This document shows positions 1 through 4,544 of a stretch of 4,544 nucleotides of DNA, one piece after another. The notes beneath the pieces were generated by a model that saw nothing but the letters and a program-made list of their open reading frames with translations, had not been told where the DNA came from and did no database searches. Source of the DNA: a virus (taxonomy: Duplodnaviria > Heunggongvirae > Uroviricota > Caudoviricetes); IMG/VR virus record IMGVR_UViG_3300029229_000043, positions 1 to 4,544 of that record, one strand, 5' to 3'. A program made the position numbers and the translations under genes. Numbering within the stretch: position 1 is the stretch's first letter; the number at the start of each line of letters is the position of its first letter.

Positions 1-276
1 GCGGATGACCCGCGCAATTGCTCCGGTAGCTCCAAGGCGGAGGTGCTGGAAAATATCAAAAACAATTTCGACGCGTTTCTTGCTCTGACACCAGAAACAA
101 AAGCAGAACGGATGTACCGACGCGATATACAACTCGCGCTAAAACAGGAGAAGGACCGAACAAACGAAACAGCAATGAGACCGTTGCGAAAAGCGACAAT
201 AGACAAATTCCCTGAATATATCGACCCGCGCCTGCGTAATTACCGCTCACGCTATGGCGCTATCAGTAATGACTGA
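1..276 (+). CDS. hypothetical protein, C-terminal fragment (gene starts upstream of window)
   Basis: Frame 1 is open from base 1 to TGA at 274-276 with no stop, so the GTG at 43 in the ORF track is probably internal. No motif recognised in the ~91 translated residues. Confidence 0.5.
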   Translation, partial: ADDPRNCSGSSKAEVLENIKNNFDAFLALTPETKAERMYRRDIQLALKQEKDRTNETAMRPLRKATIDKFPEYIDPRLRNYRSRYGAISND

Positions 277-286
277 GGAATTTACC

Positions 287-451
287 ATGAGAGGACTTGC
301 ATACAATCCCGGCATTCTTCCGGCAGAAATGATTATTCGCCAACGCGTAAAGCCAATGCCATCGAGAGAGGAATTGCTTAAGAGAAATTCTTTTCCATCA
401 GTGAATCAAAACAAATATCTGAATGCGATGTTGCGGAGTGGGAAGAAATGA
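287..451 (+). CDS. small basic hypothetical protein (54 aa)
   Basis: ATG 287 is preceded by GAGGA (275-279) at about 7 nt. In-frame ATGs at 254 and 269 lack an RBS and would overlap the upstream gene. Stop TGA 449-451 overlaps the next start (ATGA). Net charge about +8 by my count. Confidence 0.45.
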   Translation: MRGLAYNPGILPAEMIIRQRVKPMPSREELLKRNSFPSVNQNKYLNAMLRSGKK

Positions 452-987
452 AACAAATGTCACTAATTGAGATGGATGGATTCCTGAAAGGTAAATGCAT
501 CCCAAGCGATTTAAAGGTTAACGAAACAAACGCTGAATATCTGGTGCGTAAATTTGCTGAAGCGGAGGCCAAGTGCGCGGCGCTGGCGGCGGAGAGTGCG
601 CTGGCTCGTAAGGCAGTTCAGGCATTCTGCGATGTTGTTGGCGACAACACCGAGGTTATCTGTGAGGCGGTTGGGAGAGATGGCGTTCTGGTTATTTTGG
701 AGGCCATGAAGGCAACAGGAAATATGCCAGCCACCGATGCTTTCCTGGCTGAAGTGAAGACTGAAGCACGCAAGGAGGGCGCTTACTTTGTGGCGAACAG
801 AATGCTGGCTGCCTGGGAAGCTGGTTTTATTGATGATACTGCGAAGAACGCCGCGGATATTGCCCGGATGATTCTTACCTCTACTGAGTTTATGGCTAAT
901 GCGCCGGAAGGCGATTTTGACCGCTCATTCTCTGATGGCGTTCTCGAAGATATCGCCGCCCAGCTTCGCAAAGGAGGCAACCAGTGA
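448..987 (+). CDS. hypothetical protein, acidic and Ala/Glu-rich (179 aa)
   Basis: ATG 448 overlaps the upstream stop (ATGA); an alternative ATG lies at 457. Stop TGA 985-987 overlaps the GTG start of the next gene. About 29 acidic vs 20 basic residues by my count. No catalytic motif recognised. Confidence 0.6.
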   Translation: MKQMSLIEMDGFLKGKCIPSDLKVNETNAEYLVRKFAEAEAKCAALAAESALARKAVQAFCDVVGDNTEVICEAVGRDGVLVILEAMKATGNMPATDAFLAEVKTEARKEGAYFVANRMLAAWEAGFIDDTAKNAADIARMILTSTEFMANAPEGDFDRSFSDGVLEDIAAQLRKGGNQ

Positions 988-1712
988 GCAAGATTGACTA
1001 TCAGGCACTGCGTGAGGCGGCAGAGAAAGCAACGTGTGGCGAGTGGTCGCTCGAATATGGAGATGGCCGATTTGATGGTGATGATGCACTAATTCATCGT
1101 GAAGTTGCTGGATATATTCCCATTTGCAGAATTGAAGGAGCGCATCCAGAAAGCCGTTTCTATGAAGATTTCCAAATGGAGCAGCAGGCCAATGCTGAAT
1201 TCATCGCCGCAGCCAATCCAGCTACCGTGCTGGCACTGCTGGATGAACGGGAAAGAAACCTGCAATACATCAAAAGCCGCGATCAGGAGAACGAGGATAT
1301 TGCGCTAACGGTAGGGAAGCTGCGTGTTGAGCTGGAAGCCGCAGAGAACAACCTTATTGATAGTGAGTGCCATGTTGCTGAACTGGAAGAAGCGCTACGC
1401 GATAAGCAGGCGTTACTTGAAGCATCAGAGAAGCGCATAGCAGAACTGGAAGCGCGGGAAATAAAACCAGCCAAAGGCGAAGTTCTTGTCGTTGTTTCTG
1501 GTTTTACTGGTTGCGGAAAAAGCGCCATTGCCGGGGAAATAGAAATCGCGATGAAGGCTATTGGTGTACCGGTTAAGTGGACTAATGGCGATGCAGAAAA
1601 GCGCATGACTGGCGCTGACTGGCTGACAGCGATTGAGATGTACAAACCAACTGTGCGCATCGTGGAAGTTAATGTGCCACGCGTCGCTGGCATTCGCATC
1701 AAAGGAGAGTGA
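984..1712 (+). CDS. Ead/Ea22-like prophage protein with central coiled coil and C-terminal Walker-A-like segment (242 aa)
   Basis: GTG 984 with AGGAGG (972-977) 6 nt upstream. The N-terminus [21 protein letters not shown] matches my recollection of the conserved N-module of Ead/Ea22-like proteins. Residues ~100-160 are E/A/L-rich heptad-like (coiled coil). The C-terminal ~80 aa contain VLVVVSGFTGCGKS (nt 1482-1523). Stop TGA 1710-1712. Confidence 0.65.
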   Translation: MSKIDYQALREAAEKATCGEWSLEYGDGRFDGDDALIHREVAGYIPICRIEGAHPESRFYEDFQMEQQANAEFIAAANPATVLALLDERERNLQYIKSRDQENEDIALTVGKLRVELEAAENNLIDSECHVAELEEALRDKQALLEASEKRIAELEAREIKPAKGEVLVVVSGFTGCGKSAIAGEIEIAMKAIGVPVKWTNGDAEKRMTGADWLTAIEMYKPTVRIVEVNVPRVAGIRIKGE

Positions 1713-1713
1713 T

Positions 1714-1945
1714 ATGAGCGCTATAACCAAAGAACGTATCGAATTATTCATTAAAAATCCGCTTGATAACGGACTTACTCGTGGCGAACAAATGGAACTG
1801 GCACGAATTGCACTGGCATCACTGGAAGCAGAGCCTGTAAGCCAAACTTACAACTTGCCAGAATTAATCGAAGGGATGGAAGTTTCCATTGATGTAAGCA
1901 CTTGTGATGCTGATTTAGGTAATCGCTATTTCGGTACCGTCACCG
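1714..1945 (+). CDS. hypothetical protein, 5' part; probably the N-terminal portion of the DUF551 gene, interrupted by the N-run
   Basis: ATG 1714 lies 1 nt after the upstream stop, with AAAGGAGAG (1701-1709) as RBS. The frame stays open into the N-run at 1946. The ATG at 1633 from the ORF track would overlap the upstream gene by 80 nt and has no RBS. Confidence 0.55.
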
Positions 1946-1955
1946 NNNNNNNNNN
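1946..1955. other. assembly gap (10 N)
   Basis: Run of N characters. The reading frame before the gap (phase 1) and after it (phase 0) do not match for a literal 10-nt gap, so the true gap length is probably not 10. Confidence 0.95.
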
Positions 1956-2246
1956 TTAGAACTTGATACTGCCAAGAATGGTTACATCCTCCTGGTTCAG
2001 GACGCAGAGCCAAACTTCGATATAAATGGCAACTCTCCGGCAACTCCGGATGGTTGGATTCCGGTAAGCGAAAGGATGCCGGAACCTTATGAATACGTTC
2101 TTGTAACTGATGGTTTTGATGGCTGTGAGGTTATGCGTGTTAATACAGATGGCTACTGGGGGCCAGCAAAGAGTTTATATCCAGGTAGTATTACCCACTG
2201 GATGCCACTGCCAGCAGCACCGCAGCAGGAGGTTAATCGTGGCTAA
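1956..2246 (+). CDS. DUF551 domain protein, 3' part (96 codons after the gap)
   Basis: Open frame from the gap edge to TAA 2244-2246. The translation ...PDGWIPVSERMPEPYEYVLVTDGFDGCEVMRVNTDGYWGPAKSLYPGSITHWMPLPAAPQQE matches the DUF551 pattern as I recall it (W-I-x-V-x-E-R-x-P, VLV, THWMPLP). Not in the supplied ORF track because it has no start codon after the gap. Confidence 0.7.
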   Translation, partial: LELDTAKNGYILLVQDAEPNFDINGNSPATPDGWIPVSERMPEPYEYVLVTDGFDGCEVMRVNTDGYWGPAKSLYPGSITHWMPLPAAPQQEVNRG

Positions 2247-2520
2247 CCTGCAACTAGCCGTTAAAGGTGAATACTTCGATGCCATCATTCGCGGAGAGAA
2301 AACGGAAGAGTATCGCCTGTGTAATGACTACTGGAATAAGCGAATTATGTTCAGGGATTATGACCGACTGATTATCACAAAGGGATATCCGAAGCGCGAC
2401 GACTCCAGTCGTAGAATTGACGTCCCGTATGACGGATATGAAATCAAGACAATCACACATCCCCACTTCGGCGATAAACCGGTAAAGGTATACGCGATAA
2501 AGGTAAATATTGATGGCTAA
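2239..2520 (+). CDS. ASCH domain protein (PUA-like fold, 93 aa)
   Basis: GTG 2239 with AGGAGG (2227-2232) 6 nt upstream; overlaps the DUF551 stop by 8 nt. Contains RGEKTEEYR (nt 2290-2316), matching the ASCH signature GxKxxExR. The upstream 43 codons of ORF 2110..2520 are out-of-frame overlap with the DUF551 coding frame. Confidence 0.65.
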   Translation: MANLQLAVKGEYFDAIIRGEKTEEYRLCNDYWNKRIMFRDYDRLIITKGYPKRDDSSRRIDVPYDGYEIKTITHPHFGDKPVKVYAIKVNIDG

Positions 2521-2549
2521 ATCAGCAGCAGAGCGCAAAGCCGCTCAGA

Positions 2550-2569
2550 NNNNNNNNNNNNNNNNNNNN
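2550..2569. other. assembly gap (20 N)
   Basis: Run of N characters. The flanking coding frames do not match for a literal 20-nt gap. Confidence 0.95.
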
Positions 2570-2579
2570 GCTGGAGATT

Positions 2580-2840
2580 GTGCTTGATGCTCAGGAAATT
2601 GAAATGCTGGAGCGGAACTGCGCCGCCCGGCGCCCTGGTCGAGATCCCTATGAAATGGCCGAGTACATCGCGCTGCTGATCCGCCAGGATGATGCCCGGG
2701 TGCGCGGGCGTATAAAATCGATCAGCAGAAAACGTTGCGGTAAGTGCGGCGAGAGAGTTCCAGTTAATTCATGCCCGTGTAATGGTGACTCGCAATGCTG
2801 GGTGACCAAAGGCTGGCATGAAACGAAATTAATAGTGTGA
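2580..2840 (+). CDS. small Cys-cluster protein, putative zinc-binding; start uncertain
   Basis: The frame is open from the gap edge (2570) to TGA 2838-2840. Candidate starts are GTG 2580 (GGAG only 3 nt upstream) and ATG 2604 (AGGAA 2593-2597, 6 nt spacing); the gene may instead start at ATG 2513 on the other side of the gap. A basic stretch RVRGRIKSISRKR precedes C-x2-C-x8-C-x-C-x5-C (nt 2736-2798). Confidence 0.55.
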   Translation: MLDAQEIEMLERNCAARRPGRDPYEMAEYIALLIRQDDARVRGRIKSISRKRCGKCGERVPVNSCPCNGDSQCWVTKGWHETKLIV

Positions 2841-2857
2841 CATGTCACGAAGGTGTT

Positions 2858-3070
2858 ATGCCAAAAATACGCTACGACCTTGAAGATATGAGAGATAACT
2901 CAGCTAATTTTCCGAAAGAGGTTAAATTTCTCATGCATAAGTATGGTTGCGCCAGGAGGGATATAGTTATCGACAGTCAGCACCCTTGCGGCGAGGATGT
3001 AATTTTCATTCGCGGTAAATGGAAAGGGTATCTTGACGAGAGTTTTTACGATGAATTTGATGGACTTTGA
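2858..3070 (+). CDS. hypothetical protein (70 aa)
   Basis: ATG 2858 with AAGG (2848-2851) upstream. The alternative GTG 2837 overlaps the upstream stop (GTGA). Stop TGA 3068-3070 is followed 6 nt later by a hairpin. No motif recognised. Confidence 0.5.
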   Translation: MPKIRYDLEDMRDNSANFPKEVKFLMHKYGCARRDIVIDSQHPCGEDVIFIRGKWKGYLDESFYDEFDGL

Positions 3071-3075
3071 ATACT

Positions 3076-3101
3076 GCCGCCAACTATGGCGGCTTTATTT
3101 T
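3076..3101 (+). terminator. candidate rho-independent terminator
   Basis: GCCGCCA (3076-3082) pairs perfectly with TGGCGGC (3087-3093) around a 4-nt loop ACTA, giving a 7-bp stem with 6 GC pairs, followed by TTTATTTT (3094-3101). It starts 6 nt after the stop of the upstream gene. Confidence 0.55.
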
Positions 3102-3105
3102 GCAT

Positions 3106-3137
3106 GGTACTATTACCACAACGGTAACTATTACCAC
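3106..3137 (+). repeat. tandem direct repeat GGTA(A)CTATTACCAC x2 immediately upstream of terS
   Basis: Copy 1 is GGTACTATTACCAC (3106-3119) and copy 2 is GGTAACTATTACCAC (3123-3137). The 10-bp core CTATTACCAC is identical, with an 18-bp period. It lies between the hairpin and the terS start. Confidence 0.6.
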
Positions 3138-3144
3138 GGTGGTT

Positions 3145-3741
3145 ATGATGCCTGCTGAACCTAAAACCTATAAACGCAAATCAACGCAATTTAAGCCACT
3201 AACAGCAATGCAGGAGGCTTATTGCCAGTCATACATCAAAACGCCTGAAAATCAGACTCAGGCTGCGATTAACGCAGGATTCTCCCCAAATACAGCGGCA
3301 GTTAAAGCCAGTGTCATGATGCGCGATGAACGCATTCAGAAACGGATTGCCGAGTTGATGGAGGAGCGCAACAAACGAATGCGCGTCAGTGCTGATTACG
3401 TTCTCATGCGCCTGGTGGAGATCGACCAGATGGACGTGATCGACATCCTCAACGACGATGGGAGCCTTAAGCCAATCCGCGAGTGGCCGAAAATCTGGCG
3501 CACTACGCTTAGCGGCTTTGATCTGTCATCGACCATCATGAACATGAACGAGGATTCGATAGAGACAATCCTCAAAAAAATTAAATGGCCTGACAAGGTG
3601 AAGAACCTCGAACTGATTGGTAAGCACGTCGACGTCAACGCATTCAAAGAACGCCTGGATGTTAATGTGAATGTGACAATTGCTGATCGCATAGCAGCAG
3701 CCAGGAAGCGACTCAAAGAACGTCAGGATGGTAATCAGTGA
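3145..3741 (+). CDS. terS: terminase small subunit (Terminase_2-like)
   Basis: ATG 3145 and ATG 3148 are both in frame; GGTGG (3138-3142) gives better spacing for 3148. The translation has an N-terminal HTH-like segment LTAMQEAYCQSYIKTPENQTQAAINAGFSPNTAA and a C-terminal ...KNLELIGKHVDVNAF, typical of small terminase subunits of this family. Stop TGA 3739-3741 overlaps the next start. The TTG 3067 extension in the ORF track reads through the terminator and repeat and is rejected. Confidence 0.8.
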   Translation: MMPAEPKTYKRKSTQFKPLTAMQEAYCQSYIKTPENQTQAAINAGFSPNTAAVKASVMMRDERIQKRIAELMEERNKRMRVSADYVLMRLVEIDQMDVIDILNDDGSLKPIREWPKIWRTTLSGFDLSSTIMNMNEDSIETILKKIKWPDKVKNLELIGKHVDVNAFKERLDVNVNVTIADRIAAARKRLKERQDGNQ

Positions 3742-4544
3742 CAGATACAGCGTTATCTCCTGAAGAGCAGTTAATCGAGGATATTGCAGGGTTCACTCAC
3801 GATCCGCTTGGCTATGCCCTCTATGCGTTCCCGTGGGGGGAAGAGGGGACTGAACTGGCACATGCTACCGGCCCACGTCAGTGGCAGGCTGATGCGTTCC
3901 GAGAGATACGTGATCACCTGCAGAATCCAGAGACGCGCTATCAGCCGCTTATGTTGGCACGCGCTTCTGGTCACGGTATTGGTAAATCCGCATTCATCTC
4001 AATGCTGATCAACTGGGGCATGTCCACTTGCGAGGATTGTAAGGTCGTGGTGACCGCCAACACCGACAACCAGCTACGAACGAAGACCTGGCCGGAAATT
4101 ATCAAGTGGTCGAACCTTGCTATCACGAAAGACTGGTTTACCTGTACCGCTACCGCGATGTACAGCAATGACCCTGGGCACGACAAGCGGTGGCGGGCTG
4201 ACGCAATACCCTGGTCTGAGCACAACACTGAGGCATTCGCCGGACTACACAACGAGCGCAAACGCATCATCGTGGTATTCGATGAAGCGTCGAACATTGC
4301 GGATCTGGTGTGGGAAGTTGCTGAGGGTGCGCTTACGGACGAAGACACTGAGATTATCTGGGTGGCGTTCGGAAACCCTACACGTAACACCGGGCGTTTT
4401 CGCGAATGTTTCCGCAAATATAAACACCGCTGGAAAACTGCGCAGATTGACAGCCGGACGGTGGAAGGCACTAACAAACAGCAGTTGCAGAAATGGGTTG
4501 ATGACTACGGGGAAGACAGCGACTTCGTTAAAATCCGTGTGCGC
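3738..4544 (+). CDS. terL: terminase large subunit, N-terminal ATPase domain (partial, continues past window end)
   Basis: GTG 3738 overlaps the terS stop (GTGA); the frame is open for 269 codons to the window edge. Walker A LMLARASGHGIGKS (nt 3948-3989) and Walker B with catalytic Glu IIVVFDEAS (nt 4266-4292). Position directly after terS. Absent from the ORF track only because no stop occurs in the window. Confidence 0.85.
   Translation, partial: MTDTALSPEEQLIEDIAGFTHDPLGYALYAFPWGEEGTELAHATGPRQWQADAFREIRDHLQNPETRYQPLMLARASGHGIGKSAFISMLINWGMSTCEDCKVVVTANTDNQLRTKTWPEIIKWSNLAITKDWFTCTATAMYSNDPGHDKRWRADAIPWSEHNTEAFAGLHNERKRIIVVFDEASNIADLVWEVAEGALTDEDTEIIWVAFGNPTRNTGRFRECFRKYKHRWKTAQIDSRTVEGTNKQQLQKWVDDYGEDSDFVKIRVR

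Noticed and set aside
56-980. Minus-strand ORFs 56..250, 378..572 and 783..980
   Set aside because: Each is antisense to a better-supported + strand gene and lacks start context.
1099-1308. 69-aa + strand ORF in an alternative frame
   Set aside because: Nested inside the Ea22-like gene in a different frame, with no RBS. Shadow ORF.
1283-1702. 139-aa ORF on the minus strand, plus the overlapping minus-strand ORF 1425..1751
   Set aside because: Entirely antisense to the Ea22-like gene. The Ser/Ala-rich low-complexity translation is what the reverse frame of an E/A/L-rich coiled-coil region produces. No RBS context.
2110-2238. Long form of the ASCH ORF starting at ATG 2110
   Set aside because: The first 43 codons overlap the DUF551 coding frame and read as low-quality sequence. 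GTG 2239 has a perfect AGGAGG at 6 nt and gives a compact ASCH domain.
1946-2569. N-runs as biological features such as masked repeats
   Set aside because: Runs of exactly 10 and 20 N with coding sequence abutting both sides are scaffold placeholders, not sequence features.
2254-2848. Minus-strand ORFs 2254..2538 and 2648..2848
   Set aside because: Antisense to the ASCH gene and the Cys-cluster gene respectively. No independent support.
3094-3135. Sigma70 promoter hexamers upstream of terS (TTGCAT 3100-3105, TACTAT 3108-3113, AACTAT 3127-3132)
   Set aside because: No -35/-10 pair with 16-18 bp spacing and good matches. Too weak to call from sequence alone, though an activator-dependent late promoter may still be here.
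3106-3137. Possible CRISPR-like repeat
   Set aside because: Only two copies of a 10-14 bp unit with a 4-8 bp spacer. This is far too short and too few for a CRISPR array.
3067-3147. TTG-initiated N-terminal extension of terS from the ORF track (MNTAANYGGFILHGTITTTVTITTVV...)
   Set aside because: It would translate through the terminator hairpin and the tandem repeat; the TITTTVTITTVV peptide is just the repeat read in frame. The ATGs at 3145/3148 have a GGTGG RBS.
3971-4477. 168-aa minus-strand ORF, with small ORFs 3784..4008 (+), 3771..3974 (-) and 4245..4427 (-)
   Set aside because: All lie inside the terL coding frame, which carries clear Walker A/B motifs. They are out-of-frame or antisense shadows.

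Overview
All supportable genes lie on the + strand and form a tightly packed, translationally coupled phage/prophage gene array ending in the DNA-packaging genes. Order: 3' end of an upstream gene (1-276); a small basic ORF (287-451); an acidic 179-aa ORF (448-987); an Ead/Ea22-like coiled-coil protein with an odd C-terminal Walker-A-like segment (984-1712); a DUF551-type gene broken by a 10-N gap (1714-1945 and 1956-2246); an ASCH-motif protein (2239-2520); a 20-N gap; a Cys-cluster small protein (2580-2840); a small hypothetical (2858-3070); an intrinsic-terminator-like hairpin (3076-3101) and a tandem direct repeat (3106-3137); terS (3145-3741); and the first 269 codons of terL with Walker A/B motifs (3738-4544, runs off the window). 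No rRNA, tRNA, CRISPR array, IS element or integrase was seen. Function calls rest on motif recognition from memory, not on searches. The accessory genes upstream of terS are the least understood part and the best place to look for something new, but nothing here is demonstrably a defence or other novel system.
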